A DNA stretch of 48,856 bases from an uncultured Bacilli bacterium (GCA_947624145.1 CANQIU010000002.1:1-48856); one strand, 5' to 3'. Positions 37,528 through 46,911 are shown, numbered from the stretch's first letter. A program made the numbers and translations. The notes: a model not told the origin generated them from the letters alone.

Positions 37528-38288
37528 AAATATGTGTATTATCAAGTGGCTCTAAAGGAAATGCCACCTACCTAGAAGCTATGGGCAAGCATTTTCTTTT
37601 AGATGCGGGACGAAATTATACTTATATTGAATCTTCTTTAAAAGACATTGGTATTAATATTCAAGATTTAAATTATATTTTAATAACCCATGATCACAGC
37701 GATCATATCTCGGCTTTGAAAACACTTGTTACCAAAACTAAAGCGACAGTTTTAACGAGTCCTAAAATATTTTCGTTATTAAAAGATATTCAAAAGTATC
37801 CTAATGTCTTAACTTTTGATGAAGAAATTACCGTGGATGGCATAAAAATAACTTCCATTCATTCTAGTCATGATGCCATTGATTCCCGTAATTATATAAT
37901 TGAGTGTCAAAATAAAAAAGTAGCTTATATTACCGACACGGGCTATATTAATTCTAAATACTTTAATCTCCTTCAAAACTTAGACTTATATTTATTTGAA
38001 AGCAATCATGATATTGAATTATTACAACATGGTCCTTACCCTGCTTGGCTAAAAAAACGGGTATTAAGTGATGAGGGTCATTTATCAAATAAACTAGCTT
38101 CATTTTACTTAACTAAGCTAATTGGTAATCATACCAAAAAAATAATCTTAATTCATTTAAGTGAAACTAATAACTTAGAAGAAATAGCTTTAGAAACTAT
38201 TAATAATACTTTCTTAGAAAATAATATTAAATTTAATAATATTGAATGTGCTAAACAAAATGAAAAAACGGAAGTTGTGGAAGTATGA
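37524..38288 (+). CDS. MBL-fold metallo-hydrolase (YycJ/WalJ-like)
   Basis: LSSGSKGNATY...THDHSDH (HxHxDH)...HLS. Lies before rlmH, in the position where yycJ sits in Bacillus. Confidence 0.78.
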   Translation: MKICVLSSGSKGNATYLEAMGKHFLLDAGRNYTYIESSLKDIGINIQDLNYILITHDHSDHISALKTLVTKTKATVLTSPKIFSLLKDIQKYPNVLTFDEEITVDGIKITSIHSSHDAIDSRNYIIECQNKKVAYITDTGYINSKYFNLLQNLDLYLFESNHDIELLQHGPYPAWLKKRVLSDEGHLSNKLASFYLTKLIGNHTKKIILIHLSETNNLEEIALETINNTFLENNIKFNNIECAKQNEKTEVVEV

Positions 38289-38722
38289 TTAAAATATTAT
38301 GTGTTGGTAAAATAAAAGAAGAATATTTAACAAAGTTAATTAATGATTATCAAAAAAGAATATCTAAATATACCAAAATTGAAATAATTGAAATAAAAGA
38401 TAATCCTATTTATAGTAAAGAAATAGAGGCTTTAAAAGAAAAGATAAACGATCATGATTATAATATTGCCTTAGATATAAAAGGTAATTTGTTAACAAGC
38501 GAAGAATTAGCTTTAACTATGGATAAGATTAGAAATATAAATAGTAATATAACCTTTATAATCGGGGGATCGTTAGGTTTAGATGAAGAAATTAGAAATA
38601 AAGCTAATTTAGTTTTAAGTTTTTCAAAACTAACATTTCCCCATGGTTTATTTCGCGGTATTCTTTTAGAACAAATATATCGTTCTTTTAAAATAAATAA
38701 TAATGAAACTTATCATAAATAA
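38285..38722 (+). CDS. rlmH: 23S rRNA (pseudouridine1915-N3)-methyltransferase RlmH
   Basis: 145 aa, MIKILCVGKIKE.Y......Y.KR...Y...IGGS.G....R.....SFS..TFPH...R..L.EQIYR (SPOUT family). Confidence 0.87.
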   Translation: MIKILCVGKIKEEYLTKLINDYQKRISKYTKIEIIEIKDNPIYSKEIEALKEKINDHDYNIALDIKGNLLTSEELALTMDKIRNINSNITFIIGGSLGLDEEIRNKANLVLSFSKLTFPHGLFRGILLEQIYRSFKINNNETYHK

Positions 38723-38755
38723 TGATAAAATATAATAGTAAGGTAGGTGAATCTT

Positions 38756-40012
38756 ATGACTTTAGAAGAATTATATGATTTATTTTATTTTAAAATTATA
38801 GATAAATATAATCAAGAAATAAATTCTTTAGAAGAAGAAATAAGTAAATTAGAATTAGTTTTAAGTGATTTAGAAAAAGGAAAAATAAGTAAACTTGCTT
38901 CTCGAGTAGTTCAAGAATTATTTGGCCAAGTTTTAACTAACTATAATCTAAATAATTATATGGAAGCCCTATTAGCTAATATTGGTATATTAAATCATAA
39001 GATTGAAATTATCTTAAAGAATAAACAAAAATGTTGGAATTTAATCGATAGTATTGAGTATGATCAAGTAATTTATTATTATTTATTTGATTATATTAAA
39101 GAAGAATTAAAGAACGAAAATATTGAGGGCAAGTTATTAGTTTTAACATTTGAAAATATCAAAAAGCATAATTTAAAATTTCAAACGGAAGGTAAATTAA
39201 GTGGATTAGATTTAAGTAATGTTGCTAATATAATTAATTTTGGTTTTGAAAAAATTGCTATTAAGTATTTAGAGAATTCTAAAAATGCTAAAGACTATGT
39301 TAAAAAATTAATTGATTTAATAGATAACAATAGTTTAGATATTGTTGAAGATAATATTACTCTTAATTATTTTACTTATGAAGAACAGGAATATATTTTA
39401 AAGAATGTTTTAAGACATTATCAAGAAGAAATGTATAAATTAAATCTATTAGTTAAAACAGAAGAATTTTATTTTGATAATGAAACTTTAAAAACTATTA
39501 TATATGAATTTAAAGGTTATTTAAATAGATACTTATTTATTAGAAATAAATTAAATAATCTAAAAAGAGAAGAAACAATAAAAGAGGATGTTAGTCCTAA
39601 AATAATTGAAATAACTAATCAAAATAATTTATATTATTCGACTAATAGTAATGAGGCTTCTAAATGTTATTTTATTAAAGATTTAATGAGTATTAGAGAA
39701 GAAAGTTTAGAAACGGTCTTAAATTTATTGAATAATTTTAGAGAAGGGGATACTTCAAGAATTAAGTATTTAACGGATAGAGATTGTTTTGAACTAAAGG
39801 GTGATCAAGTAAGAGTTATTTTAAGAAGAATTGTTGGCAATAATTATTCGGTATTAGGTGTATTTATTAAAAAAGCCGACAATGATCATAAGACATATAA
39901 TATTATTGATAGTAGACCTAATGCAGTAGTAAATCAAGAATATAGTAGAATGGTTGAAGACTATTATCAAGAATATATTGAAAATAATAAAAGAAGTGGA
40001 TCAAGAAAATGA
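38756..40012 (+). CDS. hypothetical two-part protein: ~290-aa helical N-terminal region plus a C-terminal Gp49/HigB (RelE/ParE-superfamily)-like module
   Basis: AAGGTAGG RBS precedes the ATG at 38756. The C-terminal segment is NLYYSTNSNEASKCYFIKDLMSI...LNLLNNF...IKYLTDRDCFELKGDQVRVILRRIVGNNYSVLGVFIKKADND. It parallels the Gp49-like toxin pattern (..FY.T..G.CPV.EFL.SL...LYELR....YRIFYF...G.KIVLLHGF.KK). Its stop overlaps the ung start (ATGA). Confidence 0.5.
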   Translation: MTLEELYDLFYFKIIDKYNQEINSLEEEISKLELVLSDLEKGKISKLASRVVQELFGQVLTNYNLNNYMEALLANIGILNHKIEIILKNKQKCWNLIDSIEYDQVIYYYLFDYIKEELKNENIEGKLLVLTFENIKKHNLKFQTEGKLSGLDLSNVANIINFGFEKIAIKYLENSKNAKDYVKKLIDLIDNNSLDIVEDNITLNYFTYEEQEYILKNVLRHYQEEMYKLNLLVKTEEFYFDNETLKTIIYEFKGYLNRYLFIRNKLNNLKREETIKEDVSPKIIEITNQNNLYYSTNSNEASKCYFIKDLMSIREESLETVLNLLNNFREGDTSRIKYLTDRDCFELKGDQVRVILRRIVGNNYSVLGVFIKKADNDHKTYNIIDSRPNAVVNQEYSRMVEDYYQEYIENNKRSGSRK

Positions 40013-40662
40013 TAGGTAATGATTGGGATGAAGTTTTAAAAGTTATTTGGGATAGTCCAGGTTTTAAAAAGTTTTATCAAAATATTTTAGCTTTATATAA
40101 AACTAAGACTATTTTTCCGCCCCAAGATTATATCTTTAATGCTTTAAAATTAACGAGTTTTAAAGATACTAAAGTAGTTATCGTGGGGCAAGATCCATAC
40201 CATGGCGTGGGTGAAGCCCATGGGTTATCTTTTTCTGTGCAAAAGGGCATAAAGATTCCCCCATCTTTACAAAATATTTATAAAGAGTTAGAGGCTGATT
40301 TAGGTATTGCACCTAAAAAAGATGGCGATTTAACTTGTTGGGCTCAAGAAGGAGTTCTACTTTTAAATGCTGTTTTAACGGTTGAAAAAGATAAGGCCGC
40401 CAGTCATCGGAACTTAGGCTGGGAAATCTTAACTGATTATATAATAAAAGTTTTAAATACTAAAGAAGAACCAGTTGTCTTTATTTTATGGGGTAATTTT
40501 GCTAAAGAAAAGGCGCGTTTTATAACTAATCCGCATCACTTTATTATTACATCCCCGCATCCTTCCCCTTTTTCAGCTTCTTCTGGCTTTTTTGGCAGTA
40601 AACCATTTTCTAAAACTAATGAATTTTTAAAAAAGAATGGCTTAAAAGAAATAAATTGGTAA
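40009..40662 (+). CDS. ung: uracil-DNA glycosylase (family 1)
   Basis: VVIVGQDPYHG...GLSFSV...PPSL.NI..EL...LLLNAVLTV......SH...GWE.....I...HPSPFSA. Confidence 0.93.
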   Translation: MIGNDWDEVLKVIWDSPGFKKFYQNILALYKTKTIFPPQDYIFNALKLTSFKDTKVVIVGQDPYHGVGEAHGLSFSVQKGIKIPPSLQNIYKELEADLGIAPKKDGDLTCWAQEGVLLLNAVLTVEKDKAASHRNLGWEILTDYIIKVLNTKEEPVVFILWGNFAKEKARFITNPHHFIITSPHPSPFSASSGFFGSKPFSKTNEFLKKNGLKEINW

Positions 40663-40670
40663 AAAAGATG

Positions 40671-41207
40671 CTATAGTTTAAAATCATCTACAACAGCATC
40701 TTGCATGTTTTTACCATCAAAGAAAGGTTTTATTCGACACCGATTAATCTTGGCAACAATATTAGTCGGTATTTTTTGAATTATTTTATTTAATTCCGAA
40801 GTATTTTTATTATAATAAGTTTTACAAGAAACTAAATCTTCATTTATCTGATCTATTTCTTTTAATAATTTATTAAATTCTTTATTATCAAGTTCACTAT
40901 GGTCGTTTTTAAGTTCCAGTATTAAGTTATGAGCTTCGGTTAGTTTTCGATCTAAATCATAATTACTAATCTTTTTATCTTTAAGTTCCATATATTCTTT
41001 TAGATAATCTTTTTTAGTTACAACTTTTTTAATCATTCCATTAGCTTTAGCAATTGTATCATATTTTTTTCGTAAATCTTCATCAATTATGCCTTCAGCT
41101 TTCTCAATCTTTATTTTATAAGTAATAATAGTATTATAAGTTATTACATAAAAAATTCCTAAACTACCTAAAATAATAATAATGATTAAAATAATAGTCC
41201 ATATCAT
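40671..41207 (-). CDS. LemA-family membrane protein
   Basis: 178 aa. N-terminal TM segment followed by YNTIITYKIKIEKAEGIIDEDLRKKYD (the LemA yN.lv....v..a.s.idv.l.+R.d pattern). Confidence 0.68.
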   Translation of the reverse strand: MIWTIILIIIIILGSLGIFYVITYNTIITYKIKIEKAEGIIDEDLRKKYDTIAKANGMIKKVVTKKDYLKEYMELKDKKISNYDLDRKLTEAHNLILELKNDHSELDNKEFNKLLKEIDQINEDLVSCKTYYNKNTSELNKIIQKIPTNIVAKINRCRIKPFFDGKNMQDAVVDDFKL

Positions 41208-41247
41208 TTAATTCACCTATTTTTAATTATAGCAAATTAACAAATAT

Positions 41248-41276
41248 TTGCCAATAGAAATAGATTATGTTAGAAT
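41248..41276 (+). promoter_or_regulatory. candidate sigma-A promoter of the fem/flippase cluster
   Basis: TTGCCA (41248-41253), a 17-bp spacer, then TGtTAGAAT (41268-41276). Confidence 0.55.
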
Positions 41277-41303
41277 CTTTTATAGAGATAGTTGAGGTTA
41301 AAA

Positions 41304-42524
41304 ATGAAATTTATAGAAAATGTTGAACCAAATAGATATATAAACTTTACCGATAATCATCCTAAAGCTCATTTTTTGCAAAGCTTTGCTTGGGGAGCTT
41401 TTGCTTTAAAATCTAAAGGCCTTATTCCTCATTATGTAGGAATGGAAAATGAGGAAGGAAATCTGGTGGCAAGTGCTTTACTACTTGAAAAAAAGACGCC
41501 TCTTGGTTATAGCTATATGTACTCGCCCCGCGGCTTTTTAATTGATTATACTAATTATGAATATATAAGTATGTTTACTAATTACTTAAAAGAATATATG
41601 CATGAAAAGAAAGTTATTTATATTAAGTTTGATCCGGATATTAAATACCAAGATATAGATGAAGAAGCTAATAAAGTTGAGGGTGGAGATAATAACTATG
41701 AACTTTATAATTATCTTTTAAGCTTAGGTTATAGGCATACAGGTTTTTATAAGTTATATGATGGTAATGAACCACGGTATACATTTCGCATTAATTTAAA
41801 TAAACCTTGGGAAGAAGTTGAACAAAGATTTAGTAAAAGCTTTTTAAAGTCCGTTAAAAGAAGTGAAGCTTATAACTTAGAAATTGATCATAATATTGAT
41901 GTTAATACTTTTTATAACTTAATGAAACTTAATAGTCAAAAAGATGACTTTATTTTAAAAGATTTAGAGTACTACCAAAGTTTTGTTGAGGAATTTAAAA
42001 AAGATGATAGAATTAAGTTCTTTAATCTAACTTGTGATCCTGTTTCGTTAAAAGAAAAGATAAAAAATGAATTAGATGAAGAAAAAGATTTACTTAGTAA
42101 AACTACTAAAAGAAGTGAAGATATTAAAAATAAGATAACAAGATTAGAAAAAGAATTAAAGGAGTTAGAAAGTTATAATGAAAAGATAGTTGTTTGTTCT
42201 TTAGTATGTACTTATACCAAAAAAAGAGCTTGGAGTTTTTATATAGGTAATAATGATTTAGGTAATTTAACATTTGCCGTCTCTCGAAGTTATTATGAGG
42301 CTATTAAAGATGCTCATGACCGTGGCTTTGATTTCTTTGATCTTTTTGGCGTAGTAGGAGATCCGCATACAAATCATAAGAACTTAGCAAGAATCTATGA
42401 ATTTAAAAAGAAGTTTGGCGATGAATATATAGAATTTATGGGGGAATTTGATTTAGTTAATAAAAAGTTTTTATATAAAATATTACCCTATTTATTAAAG
42501 ATTTATCGAAAATTAAGAAGGTGA
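41304..42524 (+). CDS. FemAB-family aminoacyl-tRNA-dependent peptidoglycan peptidyltransferase, paralog 1
   Basis: FLQSFAWGAF, YSPRGFLIDY, IKFDPDI, GYRHTGF, PRYTFRINL, a coiled-coil insert (KEKIKNELDEEKDLL...LEKELKELE), and C-terminal YEFKKKFG.EYIEFMGEFDL. Collinear with S. aureus FemA as I recall it. Confidence 0.82.
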   Translation: MKFIENVEPNRYINFTDNHPKAHFLQSFAWGAFALKSKGLIPHYVGMENEEGNLVASALLLEKKTPLGYSYMYSPRGFLIDYTNYEYISMFTNYLKEYMHEKKVIYIKFDPDIKYQDIDEEANKVEGGDNNYELYNYLLSLGYRHTGFYKLYDGNEPRYTFRINLNKPWEEVEQRFSKSFLKSVKRSEAYNLEIDHNIDVNTFYNLMKLNSQKDDFILKDLEYYQSFVEEFKKDDRIKFFNLTCDPVSLKEKIKNELDEEKDLLSKTTKRSEDIKNKITRLEKELKELESYNEKIVVCSLVCTYTKKRAWSFYIGNNDLGNLTFAVSRSYYEAIKDAHDRGFDFFDLFGVVGDPHTNHKNLARIYEFKKKFGDEYIEFMGEFDLVNKKFLYKILPYLLKIYRKLRR

Positions 42525-42527
42525 AGA

Positions 42528-43796
42528 ATGAATTTAAAAGTAATTGATGCTAATACTTATTTAGAATATGCTTTAAAACATCCCTATATCTCGATTTATG
42601 CCTTACCCGCTTGGGGAGATTTAAAAAAAACTAATGGCTGGAAAACACATTTATTAGGATTCTTTGACCAAGATACTTTAATAGGGGTAACTAGTATGTT
42701 AGAAAAAGTAACCCCAATTAAAAAAAGTCTTTTTTATGCCCCAAGAGGTTTTTTATTTAACAATTATGATTATGATACTTTAAAAGAAGTAACTACTTTA
42801 CTAAAAAAATATTTAAAAGAACATCATGGTTTTATGTTAAAAGTAGATCCTAATATTATCTATGCCAAGTATGATAACAATAAAGAAAATAAAGTTATAA
42901 TTAATGCGAAGATTATAGATGATTTAAAATCTTTAGGTTATCGTCATTTAGGGTTTACCCAAAACTTTGAAACAATGCAACCAAGGTTTTTATGTGGCAT
43001 TAAGTTAAAAGATACTTATGAAGAAACTTTAGCATCATTTAGTAAAAGTACAAGAAAAAATATTGAAAAAACTTTAAAGATGGGAGTTAAAACAAGATAT
43101 GCCACTTTAGAAGAAATGGATCTTTTTGTTTCTTTATTAGAAGAAACATCAAAGTTAAAAAACTTTGTAATAAGACCCGTTAGTTATTATGAAAAAATGT
43201 ATTTATTAATGAAAGATTATCTTAAATTATATATAAGTTATATTGATACCGAAGAATATTTTAAATACTTAGAACAAGAAAAGAGTAATACCTTAAAAGA
43301 ATTAAGTAACATTGAAAAACAAATGAATTCTTTTCATGTAGGAAATAAATTAAAAACTAAGAAAGAACAAATAGATAGTAAATTAATTAAAATAGATAAG
43401 TTAATTAAGGAAGCTATAGAATTAAAGAAAACTAGTAAACAAATCAATATTGGGGCTTTAATGAGTGTTTTTATTGGTAAGGAAGGTATTACGTTTATGT
43501 CGGGGACAAGTAGTACTTATAAAAGTTTTAATCCTAAGTATGCTTTTTATAATGCCCATATTAGGGACTGTTTTAAAGAAAGAAAAGAATATTGTAACTT
43601 TTATGGAATATCGGGAGATATGAATATAAATAATCCATATTATTCTATTTATGAAATAAAGAAAGGATTTAATCCTGAGATACTTGAATTAATTGGGGAA
43701 TTTGATTTAATAACTAATAAATTTATCTATATTGTTTATAAAATAGCTTTAAAGTTTTATAAAGTTTTAAAGAAAGTAAAAAGTATGATAAAATAA
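42528..43796 (+). CDS. FemAB-family peptidoglycan peptidyltransferase, paralog 2
   Basis: YAPRGFLFN, LKVDPNI, GYRHLGF, QPRFLCGIKL, a coiled-coil insert, and YEIKKGFNPEILELIGEFDL. Confidence 0.82.
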   Translation: MNLKVIDANTYLEYALKHPYISIYALPAWGDLKKTNGWKTHLLGFFDQDTLIGVTSMLEKVTPIKKSLFYAPRGFLFNNYDYDTLKEVTTLLKKYLKEHHGFMLKVDPNIIYAKYDNNKENKVIINAKIIDDLKSLGYRHLGFTQNFETMQPRFLCGIKLKDTYEETLASFSKSTRKNIEKTLKMGVKTRYATLEEMDLFVSLLEETSKLKNFVIRPVSYYEKMYLLMKDYLKLYISYIDTEEYFKYLEQEKSNTLKELSNIEKQMNSFHVGNKLKTKKEQIDSKLIKIDKLIKEAIELKKTSKQINIGALMSVFIGKEGITFMSGTSSTYKSFNPKYAFYNAHIRDCFKERKEYCNFYGISGDMNINNPYYSIYEIKKGFNPEILELIGEFDLITNKFIYIVYKIALKFYKVLKKVKSMIK

Positions 43797-43817
43797 GAAA
43801 AGAAAGAAGGAAGAAAC

Positions 43818-45479
43818 GTGAAAAAGAATTCTTTTGTGGAAGGAACAATTATTGCAACATTAGCTATTGTTTTTACCAAAGTTTTAGGAATGCTTTATGT
43901 TATTCCTTTTTATGCTATTATTGGTTCAGCGGGAAGTGCGTTATATAGTTATGCTTATAATATATATGTTATATTTTTAAATATCTCTAGTGCAGGGATA
44001 CCAGTTGCGATAAGTAAGATTGTTAGTGAATATGATACTAAAAAACAAAAAGAAGCTAAGGTAAGAAGTTTAAAGTTAGGAATCTTAATTATTACGATTA
44101 TATCAATCGTGGCTTTTTTAGTTTTATTTATTTTTGCGAAAGATGTGGCCCATATTATTGTGGGTGATTTATCTGATGGTAATAGTTTAAGTGATATTGC
44201 TCTAGTCTTAAGAGTGGTTTCTTTTTCGGTGTTACTTATTCCTTTTTTAAGTGTGACTAAAGGCTATTTACAAGGGCATAAGTTTATTAGAGAACCTTCT
44301 AATAGTCAAATGATTGAACAAGTTGTTAGAATATTCGTTATTTTATTAGGTTCTTATACGATGATTAATATTTTCCATAAAAGGGTAGCGGTGGGTGTTG
44401 CTGTGGCCGTATCCGGAGCCTTCTTTGGTGGTTTATTTGCTTTAATCTATATTTTAAGAAAAGTTCATTTAAATCAGGAAAAACTAGATTTAAATCAAGA
44501 TTTAAAAAAAGATATGGTAACTAACCAAGAAATATTAAAAAAAATATTAAAGTATGCTATTCCGTTTATAATTATTAATATTACCGTTAATTTCTTTAAT
44601 ATTGTAGATATGTCTTTAATTATTAGAACTCTTACTAAACTAGGTTTTTCAGGCTCTGATGCCGAGTTTGTTTCTAGTGCTATGACGACCTGGGGGTATA
44701 AACTTAATATGATTGTTAATGCGATTGCTACAGGTTTAACGATAAGTTTAATTCCCAATATTGTATCTGCTCATGTTAAACATGATGAAAAGAAAGTTAA
44801 TCAAATCTTTAATAAAGCTTTACAAATAGTCTTATTTATTTCAGTTCCCGCGGCTTTAGGTTTATCTTTTTTAGCTAAACCAGTTTGGCATTTATTTTAT
44901 GGAGTTAGTACTTTAGGACCAATTATCTTTAAATTTAGTATCTTAACGGCGATATTTTGTAATGTTTATTTAATAGCTTTACAAACAGCCCAAAGTTTAA
45001 ATGAATATAAAACTGTTTATGCCGCGGTTATCATTGGTTTTTCCATGAATGCTATTTTTGATGTTCCTTTTATGTATGTTTGTAACTATTTAAATATTCC
45101 TGCTTTCTATGGGGCAACAATAGCCACAATGCTTGGTTATGTTGTTGCAATTGCGATTATTTTCTTAAAACTTAAAAAATATCCGGATATAAAACTTATG
45201 CCAACGGTTAAAAATGGGGCAAAGATTTTCTTAAGTGCGCTTATGATGCTTGGCGTCTTAAGCTTATTAAAAATAGTTATCCCATTTAATATTACTTCTA
45301 CTATGCATTCAATCTTAATCGTGGCTCTATTTGCGATCATCGGTTCTTTAGTTTATTTTTATCTAACTGCTAAAATGGGCTTAATTAACGAAATATTAGG
45401 ACCTAAAAGAGTTAGTCAAATCTTAAATAAATTAACCTTTGGCAAAGTTAAAGTAAAGGGTGAAGATGATGAAGATTAA
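43818..45479 (+). CDS. MOP-superfamily flippase (MurJ/YtgP/SpoVB-like polysaccharide or lipid II exporter)
   Basis: 553 aa, about 14 TM segments. The N-terminal GTIIATLAIVFTKVLGMLYVIPFYAIIG..GSALYSYAYNIY resembles the YtgP/SpoVB class. GTG start with an AAGGAAG RBS. Confidence 0.72.
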   Translation: MKKNSFVEGTIIATLAIVFTKVLGMLYVIPFYAIIGSAGSALYSYAYNIYVIFLNISSAGIPVAISKIVSEYDTKKQKEAKVRSLKLGILIITIISIVAFLVLFIFAKDVAHIIVGDLSDGNSLSDIALVLRVVSFSVLLIPFLSVTKGYLQGHKFIREPSNSQMIEQVVRIFVILLGSYTMINIFHKRVAVGVAVAVSGAFFGGLFALIYILRKVHLNQEKLDLNQDLKKDMVTNQEILKKILKYAIPFIIINITVNFFNIVDMSLIIRTLTKLGFSGSDAEFVSSAMTTWGYKLNMIVNAIATGLTISLIPNIVSAHVKHDEKKVNQIFNKALQIVLFISVPAALGLSFLAKPVWHLFYGVSTLGPIIFKFSILTAIFCNVYLIALQTAQSLNEYKTVYAAVIIGFSMNAIFDVPFMYVCNYLNIPAFYGATIATMLGYVVAIAIIFLKLKKYPDIKLMPTVKNGAKIFLSALMMLGVLSLLKIVIPFNITSTMHSILIVALFAIIGSLVYFYLTAKMGLINEILGPKRVSQILNKLTFGKVKVKGEDDED

Positions 45480-46680
45480 AACTATTTCGAAAGAAGTTTA
45501 TGAAGATTTTGTTAGCAAAAGCTCTTTGGCATCATTCTATCAATCTTTGGAATGGCTCGAAGAAAAAAGAAAAGAAAATAAGACTTGTGAACTAGTTGGT
45601 TTATTTGATAATGAAACCCTAGTGGGTGTTTCCCTAATCATTTTTTTGCGGGTTTTAAGAAATAAAAAAATGGCTTATGCTTCCCGGGGTTTTATTTATG
45701 ACTATCAAGATCTTCCTTCTTTTAAAGCTGCTTTAAAAGATTATTTTAAAGATGTTGTCTTTGTTAAAATAGACCCCCCAATAATATTAGCTAAATATGA
45801 TAAAGATTTAAATAAAACAGTTGTTGATAACCATGAACTTATCAACAAGTTAAAAGAAAATGGTTTTAAACATTTTGGCTTTAATATGGCTGATGAAGCT
45901 CGCCAATTTCGGTTTGTTCACCGAATAACTTTAGCTAACTCCTGGGAAGAACAAGTATCTTTAATGAGCAAAAGTACCCGGCATAACATGGAACTGGCTA
46001 CCTTTAAAGGCGTAAAAATAAAAGAAGTAACTAAAGAAGAACTACCATTAGTTTATTCTTTCTTTAAACAAACTTTAGATAGAAAAAAAGTACAAGGTTT
46101 TTCTTTAGAATTTTATCAAAATATCTTAGATTCATTTTTAGATAAAGTAACAATGTATATCGTCTATATAGATAAACAAACTTACTTAGAAAACTTAGAT
46201 TTAAAAATAAAAGAAGAAAGAAAAAAATTAGATGATGTCTTATTAAAAATGCAAAATAGTCATGTTGGTGATAAACTTAATAAAGCTAAAGCTTTAGCTT
46301 TAGCTAATATTAAAAAGTATGAAGAAGAACGCAAGAAAGCTTTACTACTAGATGATATTACTAATATTGCTTCAATGCTTACTATAACTAAGTATAATGA
46401 AGTTGTTTCTTTATCAAGTGGCATGGATAATAACTTTCGGGAATTTTGTCCTAAGTATGTGATGTATCCGGAGATGATTAAAAAAGCTTTCCAAGATAAA
46501 TTAACTTATGTTAATTTCTTAGGGGTTAAGAATATCTTTAATAAAAATGATAAAGACCATGGCGTTTATGAAGTTAAAAGAGGCTTTGGGGGAGAAACTA
46601 TTGAATATATTGGGGAATTTGATTTACCTATCAAACCGTTTCTTTATAAACTATATAAACTAAAAAATAAACTAAAATAA
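45469..46680 (+). CDS. FemAB-family peptidoglycan peptidyltransferase, paralog 3 (start 45460, 45466 or 45469)
   Basis: FYQSLEW, YASRGFIYDY, VKIDPPI, GFKHFGF, RQFRFVHRITL, a coiled-coil insert, and YEVKRGFGGETIEYIGEFDL. Overlaps the flippase 3' end. Confidence 0.82.
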   Translation: MKIKTISKEVYEDFVSKSSLASFYQSLEWLEEKRKENKTCELVGLFDNETLVGVSLIIFLRVLRNKKMAYASRGFIYDYQDLPSFKAALKDYFKDVVFVKIDPPIILAKYDKDLNKTVVDNHELINKLKENGFKHFGFNMADEARQFRFVHRITLANSWEEQVSLMSKSTRHNMELATFKGVKIKEVTKEELPLVYSFFKQTLDRKKVQGFSLEFYQNILDSFLDKVTMYIVYIDKQTYLENLDLKIKEERKKLDDVLLKMQNSHVGDKLNKAKALALANIKKYEEERKKALLLDDITNIASMLTITKYNEVVSLSSGMDNNFREFCPKYVMYPEMIKKAFQDKLTYVNFLGVKNIFNKNDKDHGVYEVKRGFGGETIEYIGEFDLPIKPFLYKLYKLKNKLK

Positions 46681-46682
46681 TT

Positions 46683-46911
46683 ATTCCTTTGAAAAATCTC
46701 GATTTATATATCGATATTCCTTTGAAAAATCTCGATTTTTTGAAAGAATATTTTATATATATAATTTTAAAATTTCCCATATTTCTGGGAAATATATAAT
46801 TATTTCTCTGAAAAATCTCGATTTTTATATCATTATTCCTTTGAAAAATCTCGATTTATACATCAACATTCCTTTAAAAAATCTCGATTTTTTAACAAAA
46901 ATCTTGATTTT
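46683..46911 (+). repeat. 33-bp-period direct repeat array: five 23-bp cores plus one degenerate copy
   Basis: ATTCCTTTGAAAAATCTCGATTT at 46683, 46716 and 46835. Variants at 46802 (ATTTCTCTG...) and 46868 (..TTTAAAAAA..). Within each cluster the starts are exactly 33 bp apart. A partial copy, CAAAAATCTTGATTT, lies at 46896-46910. Each core carries the small palindrome AAATC-TC-GATTT. Confidence 0.85.
46772..46793. other. 8-bp stem hairpin between the two repeat clusters
   Basis: ATTTCCCA (46772-46779), loop TATTTC, TGGGAAAT (46786-46793). No clear T tract follows, so it is a weak terminator at best. Confidence 0.4.

Noticed and set aside
2078-45340. Antisense or alternative-frame ORFs from the six-frame track that lie inside well-supported genes: 2078-2308, 12784-13056, 13532-13741, 15199-15519, 16380-16718, 16671-16859, 16798-17058, 20398-20592, 20772-20975, 26028-26213, 26710-27096, 27277-27513, 35569-35784, 44495-44758, 45137-45340.
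   Set aside because: Each lies wholly inside a conserved CDS with clear family motifs. None has an RBS, and their compositions (Ser/Leu/Phe/Ile-rich) are typical of the reverse complement of AT-rich coding DNA. There is no independent support.
46683-46911. The repeat array as a CRISPR array.
   Set aside because: The variable segments between cores are only ~10 bp and are related to one another, so the unit is really 33 bp. No cas genes are nearby. The array is interrupted by a hairpin and merges with a promoter. An iteron- or operator-type tandem repeat fits better.
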